A stretch of 59,772 bases of DNA, counting the filler, from Platydemus manokwari (taxonomy: Eukaryota), in assembly GCA_037951405.1 (NCBI GenBank). It is 5 parts of 5 records of this genome, joined end to end, with 100 filler letters (N's around TTAATTAATTAA, not from the genome) between each part and the next. Parts side by side here need not be neighbours in the genome. Positions count along the whole stretch, not along the records: positions 1 to 17,407 come from JBBMOY011099218.1; 4 more parts are not named here. One strand, given 5' to 3'. Below are positions 1 through 14,300 of the stretch, one piece after another. A model generated the notes under the pieces. It searched no databases, had not been told where the DNA came from, and saw only the letters and a program-made list of their open reading frames with translations. Every line of letters begins with the position of its first letter. Positions within the stretch are counted from its first letter, which is position 1. A program made the translations under genes and the position numbers.

Positions 1-239
1 GATTTATACGTGATAACCAAGTGCGTACGCGTTTTTGTACCCTAAAATATGAAAATATAACATAAAGTAAAATATTGTAAACATGCATTATATAACGAAC
101 TTATAAATTTTTATGTTTTTGTATAATATTTCTCAACTATTTATACTAGTTGATAATATGTACTTTATATAATAATTATAATATAATTATTATTCTAATT
201 AATTATCAAATTTAGCCACGAACTATTTATCAGTACGTT

Positions 240-2130
240 AAATGGCAACCGAAAATACATACTCGATAATGTTAACCTTTCCATTTTTCGAAACACTGAA
301 TATGTCTTTGGTATCACACGCCAACTCAATGAGCCATACCTGACTGTATGCAACTACAAAGAAATGTCAGGACTGATCTATAACCAGCTTAGAAACTCAA
401 TCACAACTGATGGTATCAATGATATAATGATTATTGTTAAGTTATTAAACACTTTCTTTGCTAATAGATCAGCTACATTAACACCACGATTCAAGGGATT
501 TACAACCCCATTAACCATTCGTTGTGGGAATCCTATCCGAAAATATAAAGAAAATTGTTCATTCTCAAAAGATTTCATGCTGGGATTGTTATGCGAACAA
601 GAATTCAATGCCAAAGAAAACACAGCCTAGATCGATGAATAACAATTCAAATCCCTATTTTGGTGAACGAGAATCTGCTAAACCAACAGAAAAATCAAAA
701 CTTCGTCTCTTATTTCGAACAAAAATGAAGATGACTATTGATAAAATCCTTTATTCGTCTGACACCGACTTATCAAGCCAAACTTTCAAAACCAATGCTC
801 CAAACATCTGATTATCGATTCTTACAATCAATTACTCCGCTGACTGAGAAGTTGAAGATCAAAGAATTCACTTATGAAGAAATTGTGTCAAAATTTTAAA
901 ACTAAAATGTTGTGCACGAGGTCCTGATTGAGTAAATTATAATCATATTATTTATTTGGATCCACAAGGTAAATTTCTATGCCTCTTCTTAAACAAAATA
1001 ATTCAAAGTGGAGATTTACCGACAAAGTGGAAAGCCTTTCAGAAAACTTTGATTACGGAGACAAACAAATCTGATTACAAAGATGTTTCAAACTGACAAC
1101 CAATTGCTGTATTCAATTCGATTTACAAAATATTTACATCAATCCTAAACGATCGCGGTTAGAAAAAAGCGACCCGGGTCAAAAATGTGGATCGAAATTC
1201 GAAGGATGCATTGAATACAATGTTATTCTTTCAACAACCTTTGAGTTCATCAAATGTATCAATAAATTTGGATTAGCGAGATCAGCAGTGATTGCGTTTC
1301 CCTCTGTTTCACATCAATACTTATGGTAAAATCTAAAATTAATTGAGGTGGACAAGAATTTCATTGAATGACAAGAATTGTATCAAAACACTTCAACCTA
1401 CTCCACAATTACCAATAAATGTTGGTGTGAAGCAAGGATGTCCATTATGAATGGTCTTGTTAGCTCTTGCCATTAGTCCTGTTCACAATGCTATCGAAAA
1501 AGCAGGTCGCAGTGAATTCAAAATGTTTGACAGAGTTTCTAGTTCTAGTTTACGCTGATAACGTTGCAATTATTGCCAACTTGTTAAAAGATCTCAAATA
1601 CTTTATCGATATTGCACTATCAACACGATCACAATGCAATCTATACTTTCAACCAAACAAGTGTGGCTTCCTGGAAATACCTCACAAATCGCGAAGTGAA
1701 ATCAACATTGTCATCAATAACCATCCGATAACCATTCTCAGGATGTAAATCTAGATTTAAGACTTTGTCGTCGTTATCATACTGAAAATAAGACATTAAT
1801 CCATATTCTATAAACTTGCCGATGTAACAAAAGTCTTATCACCCAAAGACATGACATTTGTCTTAATCTCATCTATCAACATCTTTGCAAGCCTGGATGG
1901 ATCGTCAAAATCAATCACATTGCCCCATTTCTCACTGAACCGGGCATCACAAAGAAACAACATATGGATATCTATCTTAAAATGCACAGTCTCGTAAAAT
2001 CAATCTAGTTGATGTCAAATGCCTAATGGATATGCCTCAAACAATTACCAACTGTATAGCATAGAATCATGAACATTATCAGAGACTGAAGCAGAAAACC
2101 TGCAAACAAAAACATGGTTACCAAGTTCAG
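240..2130 (+). mobile_element. Degenerate non-LTR retrotransposon RT, restriction-like-endonuclease class (R2/NeSL/Utopia-like)
   Basis: Frameshifted RT motifs in order: ARGPD*VNY (~915), *QPIAVFNSIYKIFTSILN (~1095), FEGCIEYN (~1198), IAFPSVSH (~1291), GVKQGCPL (~1424), YADN for YADD (~1551), FQPNKCG (~1648). Many stops. Boundaries approximate. Confidence 0.8.
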
Positions 2131-3730
2131 CTTTTGATAACCGTGATAGATTTCTCAACCGTATTAGTATCTCTAAAAACGAGAAAAAATCTATGTATAA
2201 AAATAACAATTTTTGCAATTATTATCAGAAAATCAATGCATTGAAAAATTGCAACATTAATATAATTTGTAAAGAAAAAATAGGAAAAAGTAGTGAGAAA
2301 AAGAAATTTTCGGCTATTGGAGTGCGTCGGTCAATGTGAATTTTATGTTTTTATGGATGCGGTTGAATAGTTAAACGTGACATCTCTTGCGTAATCAAAT
2401 ATTACAAATAAAAGATTTATGATATAGAATAATAATTTTCAATTTTCTTATAATTTATAATATATACCAATCACCATTATGCAAAACTTATGATCTAATA
2501 ATTCTTATAATAAAAGTAGTATTTATTTTTTATTATTATGTATTATGTTATTAAAAGCACCAATAATTTTTTCTTCTTAAAGACCAAGCGTAAAATTGAA
2601 GCACATACTTAATTAATGGTAAATTAATATTCAGCTCTGGTCAAAATACTCACATTTCTTTCTTTTAACCTTTAATGGTGATTTTTATAATGATTTTCAA
2701 TCAAAATTTATTATTAAAAAAGTAGATCAAACATGCATTATTTAATTTTACTCATTAACCTAATCTTTCAAATCTAAAATTTATTTTAAAGAATTATTTA
2801 CAAAATAATAAATCCATAAAAGAAAATTACACAATAATTATTACTGAAGTCAATAGTTGAAATAAATAATGAAGTAATAAAAAATATATGAAAATATAAA
2901 ATCTAGCCAAACTTTTATTTACTCACCTTTCGTACATGATACTCCAATTTATAATCAATGAATTCTTTTGAATCATTATTGAATCATCATAATATTCACA
3001 ATTACATTTTGGACATACTTCATTTCTTTTCAATATAATGACTACCGATAACATTTTGTACTTCTTAAATAAATAACATTTTATTTAATAATCATATAAC
3101 TATCAATAACCATTAATTTATCCAAAAATAAATCTAATGTATGAATTGTTTTTCAGTTAATTATCGACTTTCAATTATTAATTTTTTAAACTCTATACAT
3201 ATACACAATATTAAAACAACTTAATATCTAAGTATTCTAATAATTTGATTGACTGAATTTGATAAATAATAAAAATTTGTGTAAAGATAATGATTAAAAA
3301 AATTTAATCATTGTTTGTAAATACATTTTTAATTTGTATTAGAAAGTGAATATTTGATATCAAACTAATAAAATCAAGTTAAAGTAGACGAATTTTATCA
3401 AATTGTAATTTAATAATTTGGTATTTAAATCGTTGTAGAAAATAAAGAAAAAGTTAGTCATGGATACAAATATGAATAAATCAATCGATCTCGAAGGCTC
3501 TAATGATGATGATTCTGACAATAAAATTAGTGCAGTAGGTAATACCATTCATTACTTCCTACAGAAAGGGTTAGAAATCTTAACATTTTTAAATATTATA
3601 TTTATCGCGTTTTCAATGAACTTTGTTTTTAAAGCTGTTATTTTATTATCTCTTTATGCTTTAAAGTGCGCTTCCAGGTGTAACTGGATATTTGATAATA
3701 CTTAAGAAAAATGGAGCCGAACTTAAGCAC

Positions 3731-3891
3731 AGTTATTAAAGTATCTATAGCCTGAAAAATCCAAATAATCACTTGGACTAATTACTTGCTTAATCCTTTA
3801 ATCACTGAACGTAACTTGCTTAAAAGAAATTAGTCCAATAAATTATAAAGTGATTATTTGGATTTTTCAGGCTATAGATACTTTAATAACT
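3731..3891. repeat. Perfect 44-bp inverted repeat / foldback MITE-like hairpin
   Basis: 3731-3774 (agttattaaagtatctatagcctgaaaaatccaaataatcactt) is the exact reverse complement of 3848-3891. Inner arms ttggactaatt/aattagtccaa extend the stem. Confidence 0.85.
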
Positions 3892-4188
3892 TTAATAAAT
3901 TAAACAAATTATTTAAATAGTGAAGGCTCAAAGTACACTGCTAATTGATGCAGTCTTTAACCGGCAATGAAGATTATGATTAATTTATTCTAATCACTGG
4001 CAATCGATAACAACAGAACATCCTCATAGAAACCACTTAATCATACTTAATATCATTGGTCCTCACTTATGAAAAAGATGTTAACACGATAATAAAATGA
4101 ATTTTTCAAATGGCTAAGTTATTCGATGAGATTTTTGAAGTAAAACTAAAGATATTTTGCTAACCAGAAGTAAATAATTAATTATGTT

Positions 4189-7100
4189 TGTTGTGGATAT
4201 CTCTCTCTGTTGTCCGAATATCGAAATTCAATATATATTAACGCATTGATTTTACCCAATTATTATTATTGCAATTATTATTTTTATTATTGTTATTACG
4301 TTATTATTATTATTCTGTTGTTGCATAAGTTGCCGTCGTTTTTTAAACATTTATTTCCAAGAAGTTTTTATTACAAAGAATTTTAACATAAAAATAGTTA
4401 GATTTGCTTTAATATTAAAAAAATATTTTGAAATTGAATAAAATATTTATGGAAACGAGTTTTCCTTTTACTGGTGACCACGCCGAAATTAACGCTATGA
4501 CTAGAGCTAAACGAGAAGAGAAGCAGAGAATTTTTGCGAATCTGCCACAAAAAACGCAGAAGTTATTAATTCTGAAACCATCATTCTTCGATTCATCAAT
4601 TCAAGACTCAATTCAATCAATTCCAAACAACCAAAGATTTCGCGACGTTTAATCAAATGAAACTATCATTTGCATTTGACATGCTTTTAAGAGATGACGC
4701 CAAACAGCTGTGGCAAGAATTCAGCAGTTTCAAAGAGGCCGTTTCAAATAGAGAAATTGAAAAATGGTTTTTAGAAACATTTTCTCATGCCAAATCAGTG
4801 TACGACAAGGTTCAAGATTTAGCAGCAATACAACAAAGACCAGATGCAAAATATCGCAGTTTTGAAGTTCGGGAAAAAAGCTAGTTTCCAAAGTGTTTGA
4901 CAAGAAAAACAATCTTGAAGAAATTGCAAGATTATTTATTCTGCAAAGTCAAAATAGCAAGAAATTGAAAGAGTCATTTACTCTCGACCCTGCAATGTCC
5001 GACGATAGAAGAAGAGAGCTAGCTGTCAATTTTGAGAGGTTAACTCCGACGAAGCCCATAAACGCCATCAAGAAGACATATGCTTAATCGGTATTTCAAA
5101 GTGGCCAAAGAAAGACCTTTCAGAAGAAGATTTAATTCAAAAATCCAAGTCCAATCGTGCAAGAAAGAGATCATCGAGCACCAGTTAATTGCATTGAATC
5201 TCTAAACAATGATAGACCAACAAGATCAATAAAAGCCATTGCGTCTAAATTTTACAAAGATTGTAGAGGAGGACCCACGCCACGCGGTGATTATTTGAAA
5301 CCAGGAGCCTGTTTTTGCTGTGGTGAGCTTGGACACCGGAAGTTTGAATGTCCAAAATGTTTGATATGCGGTAAAGAAGGACATTCGTTTAGAGAATGTC
5401 ATTTAGCCAGAAAGCCTGGTTACAACAGTCCGAGCAGAATATTGTGCATCCATGACGAAGAAAATGAAGTCAATATTCAAACTAAAAGCAAATGAAGTGA
5501 TTGTGTTAGCTCAATTTCCACGGAAGACAAAAAACTGGAATCAACCTTCTGTGCCTATCTCGTCAGTGGGGTTTAGTCAATAGGACATATATCAGTTAGT
5601 AAAGAAGAAAGGCGGCAAGAGGAAGAGTAAGCATTCACAGATGTATCAGAAAGCAGATGGTAGACATTGGAGTTAAATTGAATGCAATGGTACACATATT
5701 GAAATGTTATGGGATTTTGGTGCATCAATAACAGTAATGAACGAGGGCAATTGAAGAGCCACAGATTAAAAATTCGAATGTTCGATTGGCTGGCGTATTT
5801 TCCGATATACACAAATTGTGTCTAAGAAAAATATGGATACCAATAGCTTGGAACAACAAAATTCTAGTAAAGGAGATCAATGCAGTAAAAGAAATATCAC
5901 CAGGATTTATTGGATGAGTTGATATGATGAAGACTTGTGGAATATTCCTTGCAGGGATAAAATCAATTGATGTCAAGGATGTGGGAAAGAAATACAGTGA
6001 CAAAAACAGAATCGAAATAGCACTGAAGAGTTATGCTGACCAGAATGATATTTCATTGAATAGGTGTATAAAAGAAAATGACTCAATCTTTATGGCTTCT
6101 CGCGTTGATTTGGGACTAACAGATTTGGTGAAGCACGAGATCCGTACAAAGGGGGAACCTATTGTTCAAATCCCCAGAAGGCAGATAATAAATTTAGAAA
6201 CCAAAATTCATGAATTGATAAAAAATCTTCTGAAAAGTAATGTCATAACAACTTACAAGAGCCCTTGGAACTCTGCTTTGGTCGTGGTTCCTAAGAAAGA
6301 TGGATCGATCATGAAGTGTTTAGACTTCAGAAAATTAAACGAACGGACTGAGAAGTTTTCTTTTCCGGTACCTGACATTCGAACGTTATTGGAGTCAGTG
6401 TATGGAGCGACGGTTTTCTCCACGATAGATTTAGGCCAAGCATATTATCAGGTTGAACTTGAGGAAGGTTCTAAAATGAAAACGGCGTTCAGCACTAGAA
6501 CTGGACAGTTCTGTTTAAACAGACTGCCTTTTCGATTATGTACTGCGCCAGCAACGTTTCAGAGCCTAATGAACACAATGTTCAAGGACTTGATTTACAA
6601 AGGCGTTCTTGCTTATCTAGACGATATTTTAGTGTATGAAAGAAAGGTAGAGAACACAATGACAAGCTTGAAAAGGTATTCAGGTTAATTAAATCATCAG
6701 GTTTGAAAATCATTCCCGAGAAATGCACTTTTGGCACTAGAAAATTGAATTTCCTGGGTCATACAGTCAGTGCAGAAGGTATAGAAACTAATGACGACAA
6801 AGTAAAAAAAATTAAGGAATCAATTAAACCTGGTTGCATCACTCAGTTGAGGTCGTTCCTAGGATTATGCAATTACAACAGAAGATTTATTTAATTACGG
6901 CTCCGTTATATGCCATGATGAGCGGAAGTGACAAGAAATTGGAGAGGAGTACAGAGTGTAAGGAAAGTTTCGGAAATCTTAAGGAACAATTATGCATAGC
7001 TCCGATTTTGGCCTTCCGGATCTAAATAAAGAGATGATTTTAGACACCGCGCTAGTTTCGGAGCGATTGGAAGCGTTCTAAGCCAGTTGGATGACAATGG

Positions 7101-7425
7101 AAAGAAAGAGTAGTAGCATATGGTTCTAGAACTCTTAACAGCCATGAAAAAGGTTATTGCGTCACGAGGAAAGAGCTTTTGGCAATCCTCGAGTTTACTA
7201 TGCATTATAAACATTATTTTTTGGGAAGGCTTTCATCGATAAATGAATCTATTGGTATGGTGCTCTAAAATCAATGCTCATGATCGGGGTAGAGTCTTCG
7301 AAGGAAGGGAAATGAAAGAATTAGCAACACGATTTGGAATAAAACAAGAATTTACCTTCCCATACCAACATCAGGCAAATGGCTTTGCCGAAAGGATGAT
7401 TAGAATGGTCTGAGACATGGTGGTA
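4189..7425 (+). mobile_element. Decayed Ty3/Gypsy LTR retrotransposon (probable 5' LTR, PBS, gag, RT, RNase H, integrase fragment)
   Basis: PBS-like TGGTGACCACG at 4472-4482. Gag with two CCHC knuckles (CFCCGELGHRKFEC, CLICGKEGHSFREC; ORF 5157-5495). RT SPWNSALVVVPKKDGS..CLDFRKLN..DLGQAYYQ..YLDD (5924-6688), then FLGHTVS and LRSFLGLCNY. RNase H remnant ~7040-7220. Integrase remnant HQANGFAER ~7370-7395. Stops, frameshifts and internal deletions. LTR start tentative. Confidence 0.93.
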
Positions 7426-8091
7426 GAATAGAATTTGTTCTTTTGAGTGCGATTTGGAGCATGAAAGTTGAGATTTTGACAGCAATTTGTACAATTGTAA
7501 TTCGTTATTATAATTTGAATGTTCAAAGTTAACAGATATCTAATAATATATGTCATTAATATTTATTATGTATTAATCTCTAGAAAAATAATCCAGGTCA
7601 TATTGCACATCAATTTGAATTATTTTATTGATTAAAATCTAAATCCCTTATGGTATTATTTTCCCTCTATTATAATTCTCGACAATACACACTCTAATTT
7701 TTTCTGTGTTTCATGATAATTTTTCCAATCCCATCATGTACAGCAATAGCTTTATGATATTGATTTACACAATTTTAAACGAACTTTAGATGTTGGTAAC
7801 CTGTTTCTTAATCGAAAATTTATTAATAATTATTGCTATATTATTGGCTAAAATTTTTTTTTACTATTACTAATAGATTTTTGTATAAAATTTTGTGATC
7901 GCACGTTTTTAAAAATCACACAGGAAATAATGATAAAACAATTTTAACAAAACAATTTTTCAAAAACGGTACAAAAAGAGAATCGAATTTCTAATTAAGT
8001 TTTAAATTGAATAATAATTGTTTTATAATTCTTTAATGGACTTATTTTAATTGTATAAACTAATTTATTACGTAAGATTTATCGATTATCT

Positions 8092-8319
8092 CAGGGGTCT
8101 CCAAACTTTTTCAGCAAAGGACCACATTGCTGATTTTTTAAAATTTGGAGGGCCAAAACTTTGATAGATTTACAAACATTGTGGTTCAAAATGAGTGATT
8201 GAAATCATTAATAAGTCATTTAAATGTTCATCAGACAACATTGATCTGTAGCAAGATTTTTGTCATAATGTTCGTGTGTGTCATAGTAAGCTTGGCGGGC
8301 CGTACTTTGGAGACCCCTG
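8092..8319. mobile_element. hAT (Charlie-type) non-autonomous MITE, 228 bp
   Basis: 14-bp TIRs CAGGGGTCTCCAAA / TTTGGAGACCCCTG and a perfect 8-bp TSD GATTATCT (8084-8091 and 8320-8327). Confidence 0.93.
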
Positions 8320-11300
8320 GATTATCTTGTTACATAATATTTTATTAATATTATAAATTATAGATTATGATAATTTCCCGGTAAAAAGAATAAAAACTTA
8401 TACCAAACTCTATTTTTTATTGATTAGCCATAAAATCATGGGTCCAACAATCATAAAACCATGATACAATACCTTAGATACATGAGAACCTTTTTAACAA
8501 TAATAATTCGTTAAATATTTTTATGTCTACATTTTTAAAACCGTTTCATTTGTTAGCTTTATATTCATTGAGTTTCATGGAAGGTTTGCAGCTTGTATTT
8601 GTAGATATTTATATTACTTCTTATCAGTAAATGCTAGTATTTCAACGGTTTAATTTTTAACGGAAGACCCAAAATAAGCTTTTAAATAATTAGATATTTG
8701 TATTTCAGCTAACAGTGATAACAAATTTTAATTATTTGATTAATTAAAGAAAATAGCTTGCACAATTATTAAGGAAAATTCCAGCAAGGTTTTCAGTGTC
8801 TAAACTTAAGTAAGATTCGATTATTGTTCAGATATAATATTTTATTTTTATATCTAAAAATAAGGATCCAACTCCAATATTACACACATTTATTATCTTG
8901 TTTTTGTTCCTAATAGTTTATCGTTTCATATTTCAGTCTTAAGAAATGTTAAGAAACATGTTTGATGCATCTTTAATGCATCTTCTAAGGGGTAAGATTA
9001 AGTGAGGCGAAAAATATTTCAATATTCGTCTCATGTTTCAGTGCCATATTCATTGATTAACCGGTTTATTTTCGGATTTAAAAGAAAGAAAATAATTAAA
9101 ATTCTTTTCAATTCAATTCAACTATCACTTTATCTACATCAATTAATGGTTTCGTGTTTTAATTCAAATCCCGAAATTCAACAAGTCTATTTTGCAATGT
9201 CTTCCTATTTTCTATAGTGTTTTTTTCTGTGAAATTATTTCCCTCTTAAGATTACCATATTTCCTACAAAATCAAATCCTCAGTTATTTCTAGATGTAGC
9301 GAAGCGAATAAATTAGTTAATTATCGCTTTTCTTTAATAATCTTGTTTTGTCAATAATTTTGATAATGCTGTAACAATAAAGACTTTTAATTAGTATTGA
9401 CGAAAGAGAATAAATGTGAAAGAGATTTTCATTTGTAAATTTAAATGACTTTTAAATGAATTTATTAGGTATTGCAGTTGTCAAAATTAAAATACTCACC
9501 TCTTCGACATTTTTAAAGTCTTTATATAAATTTAATTAAGGATAATTATTTGATTGTGTTAAGAATTTTAGTTTATTAGAAATTTTTAGAAACAATTATT
9601 TAGAAAAGAAATTAAATTCATATTTTTCTTTCACAACATAGGGCAAATTAAGTTTGTATACATTAATTTAAATTTTGAAAACTAGATATTTCATTATGAG
9701 GTTCCGTAAGATTTAAATCCATAAGAACTTTTTAAAATAAAAATAGTTAAACTTATTCAATAAATACTTCTTCCATTTTTATTCAAGAAAGTTTAACACC
9801 ACATTCAAGAATTACAGATTAAGTCGCCGTAATTTCAATCCTGACAAATCTAATAAATTTAAAATTTGATAAATATTAACACGAACGTAAATATAAATAT
9901 GAATTTAATTAACTAAAACATTTTAAAAATCTTGAGAATTTTTATAATCTCACATTTTTGAAATTAATCTTTTTAATAGACTCAACGTGAAGAATTGTTG
10001 TAATTTTCCTTTAATATATAATTTATTGGGTAAAAATTCGTTTTGAAAAACATTTATAAGAGTTAACATATTAGTAGATTTATTTGATATGTGAATATAT
10101 TCTATTTTTGATGCCGTGAAAAGAAAAAGCGAAATAACTTGATTATCACTTGATTTTAGTTGGATTTAGCACTGGAATTATAGCTGTGTAATAATACATT
10201 AATTTCCCATGACAACAGAATTGCAAATCGAACGATGACTTTATCTTTATTTGTTCGTACAAGTGGATGGAAATATCTGCCTCGGAAATTTGTTTTATTT
10301 ACATTGTCGTTATTTGGTTTTACTTATATTATTACCTGTTGTAAACATATTTAAATGATGGTAAAAATCATTAAAGAAAATCACGGAAGATTTTTTTTAT
10401 CAAATAACAAATAACTATGAATCGTATTTTATGGCACCAGAATAGGTCCTTTAAGATTTCTTTTCTTTGTGTTCTGAAATATTGTAGTTTGATAATAAAA
10501 CCAAAACATTTGCTGTCTATTATTCAGTAAGTAATTCTAATACAAACCCATAGAATTTCACTGGCGAATACGATAAATTACCAAAGAATCATTCCAGTAA
10601 TCAACAAGTTCATTTCTCATTGCTGCTTAACATATTATCATCACATTGAACTTTTACAAATCTGTTTGAAACACATCATTGATATTGAAGTTCTTTTTGA
10701 TTTCATATTATGTAAATGCGAGACTATTCAACAAGTAGCATCTGTTAAAACAGTTTTCAAAAGATTTCTCGTTGAATTTATGAAGTACAATTAGACAAAT
10801 TGCTTTTGCTTTGCTACAGAATATCGTTTCAAGTTGATTTCTTTTATTTCATTTACAAGAATATCCTAGAAAAGTAATTCGATATGATCGATAATATTAA
10901 ATTCTGATTATTTTATGAACAGACTTCGAATAAAGTTTGAATTTATGATGTATTTATATCATATATTTAATGAACTCATGGAAATAATAAGTCGAAAACA
11001 AAATATTTCAAGTGGCGACATTTAACAAGATTTTTAATAAGTTCGTTTATACTTAGGCATCTTTATGAAAGCTGTGAAGAATATTCGGAATACTTAATCA
11101 TAGTTTATACAGTCAACCTCATGCGAATTGCAAACAAAGTTGAACTATTATTGCCTTATTGAACTATCGCCCATAAGTTTCAAGATATCAGATTGAGTTT
11201 GAGTATCTGTTCGAAACTGAATATTGGAAACCATTAGAAAACTGATAAACCAATTGACCAATCTCATTCATGAAAAAACTTAAAACCCCAATAGGAACAT

Positions 11301-14300
11301 GGAAAAGCAAAGATCGAATCAAAATGTGATACAACATGACTCAAAAATTACACAGATCTCGAATATGTAATTAATTATAATTATTATATAAAGTACATAT
11401 TATCAACTGGCATAAATAGTTGAAAATTATTATATAAAATTACACAAAATTTTGTTCAAATTCACTATATAGTAAGAATTTCGGCAATATTTTATTTTTA
11501 TATTATTTTTTCATTATTTTAGGATACCAAAGTGCATACGCACTAGGATACCCCTTTCAATAGTTTCTGTGCTTTAAATTATTTGTTTTAATCAAATAAA
11601 CATTATTGTTTAATTTTGTTTTAACTCTGTATGCCTATATTATAAACAGTTTATATTACGAATGAGAGTTTTCATTTAGATTGTAGGTGGATTATCTGCC
11701 AGTACCCAAACTCTGTTCGAACCAACACTTCATTTTACTTAAATGTTGTTTTAACAAAACAATAAATTTACTGAACTTTATTTCTAATTTTTATTTGTTT
11801 TTCGATCTTCGGCTATCGTGTTTTTCCAAGAAATTTTCACAATTTCCAGGAAAGTTGAAATTGAGAGATTTTTACAGTTTTATAAAGGTGTTGATTTATG
11901 TAAACTCTGAAAATGCAGATAAATATGTTAAAAATTGATGTGAAAAAGTCGATAAGTAAAGGTCAAATGAAAAATCGAGCATAATTATTGATGACCATTT
12001 TTTATAATATAAAAATTTCTCGTTTAAATGAATACAGTATTTGTTTAAAATTTCTCGAAAATGCCTTGCATTTCTTTTCGTAATTCCATATATTTCTATT
12101 GCTTATTACTTGATCATCACTCAATCGTTGAAGTGTTTGTATTATTTTTATAGATGTATTTTTGATTGTTTATTTACTGCCTATGTTGATTTAGAAGAGA
12201 TTTAAGCTAAAATGAATCCAAATCTACAATATTAACAAAAGTAAATAAATATTAATCGGATTTTTCAATCCAACGAGCAATATTATTTTGAATCTAACGA
12301 TTTTGAAATTCTAAAATTTGATGGGGATTTTTTCTCAAGATCCTCACTTTTTAGTAGTTATGGAATCTTAATTGTTCAATCGATCATATCACGATAGTGC
12401 TTGTATTACTCAGCCAAGAACATTGATTATAATCGTATTTATAATTTCCAGTTAGAAAAGATCACATAATTAGGAATTATTTTTATTCCAAAAATTATCT
12501 GAGAAATGATTTATAAATAGATAAACATGTTTTATTATTATTAGCAGAGATGCAGTATACAGCATTTCGATTTCATAACTGCTAGCTGCTACTGTTTCAT
12601 TCCAATGAATATTAAGAATGCTTTTATAAAAGTCAACGCATAAAGTATGTTTAAATACAACATTTAAACAAATTATGATGTTTAATAAGTACATATAAAT
12701 ACTTGAAAATTCTCACAATAAAAAATTAAATTACACAATCTTTTTAATCACAATTATTCTATTTTGACGCATAATTAAAAAGTTTAAAATTATTTTTGTA
12801 TCGAAATTTAAATATAATGTTTAAGAAATTTTAAAATGTAGAAAAAAAATTTATTCTATTCTATCGAAACAGTTTTACCATGTTGTAGTCGGAAATATGC
12901 TGCTCCAAATTTATGATGGATGTTTGTAATTAATTATCGAAAATTGAGAATATATTCGTTTAAAGATTTACGAAAGATTACCGATTGTACCTCAAACATA
13001 TCTACAATGTGATGGACGGATCGAGATTTCTGTTCTTTAATATGGAACACGTTGTTGGAATTCCTTAGTTCAAATTGAATCTCCATTCAACATCAGTATG
13101 ACTTACTTCATTACTTTATAACACATTGTATTTCAAATGTTGCATAAAGACGGCTATATTCGCTGTTACTTCAAATCAATTATTAGATTTTCCGTTTACC
13201 ATCATGTACATCAATGAAATTCCTCCACTTCATAAATTATTATCAGAATCATATGTCAAAATTTGAACTACTATCCCATAAATAATAAGAATGTGTAAAA
13301 ATGTACTTTCGTCAAAATTTAAAACGGAATTCTTATAATAGTCAAAATATTTATCTATTATTTATAAAATTATAATTTACATAGCCACGATATGAAATAG
13401 TTTTCAAATTAACAACCGATAAAAAGAGATTTTTGATAGTCCTGAAGAAAAACACGAATATCTGCGATTTTTTTTCACACATTCTTTGTTTATTATTATT
13501 TAATTATTCTCTAATTGATTCCTTTTATCTATATTATTAAATAATTTTTCTTTCTCACTAAGTCAGAGTCTTTCCTTTTTAGTTTATCAAGATTTCATTT
13601 CTTTAAATCAATAACAAAACGAATAGCAAATAAATAATTTTTATCTTACATCCAAACTAAATTGGTAAGGAAAACGGAATTTGAAGCTTCAATCCATTAG
13701 CAAGAAGAGATTGTTATTAAAATAAATCGTAAATTATTAAAAAAATAACAAAAAATTCAATTATGAAATCTAGATTTGCCTTAATCAACCAACATAAAAT
13801 ATTTGTTCTAATTATTTATAATTGATAACAGTTTGTTTTAATGGCTCGAGATTAAATCTTCATATTTTGTCGATTAATGTTTTTCCAATGAATATCGATT
13901 GAAAATAGAGAAACACAAAATGAAAATCACAGAATTGATGAGAATTGATAATGAAAAATATTGTCACAAAAGTCAAATACAAACTCGTTTCGATTGGAGA
14001 AATAATTGTCAATATTTTCACATCATCTTTTTACATTGATAACACCATGAAACGTTTAGGAAATCCAGTTGGTAAATATTGACTTTAAAAAGAGAAATTT
14101 TACCGCAACTATAGACGGAAATAATTCCAATGAATGTCACGATTTTTTTTGAGGTTTATGAAATAATATTTTCATTTCGAGAAAAACATTTTATTATTCG
14201 GTTTGCATACCGAGCGAAAAATAAAAATTCAACATTGATTTAGATTTTCGAATCGTTATCAAAGGAAATAATAAAATATAATGACATTATAATGATAAAT

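Noticed and set aside
3460-3705. 81-aa ORF with an acidic N-terminus
   Set aside because: No recognisable domain and no downstream exons found.
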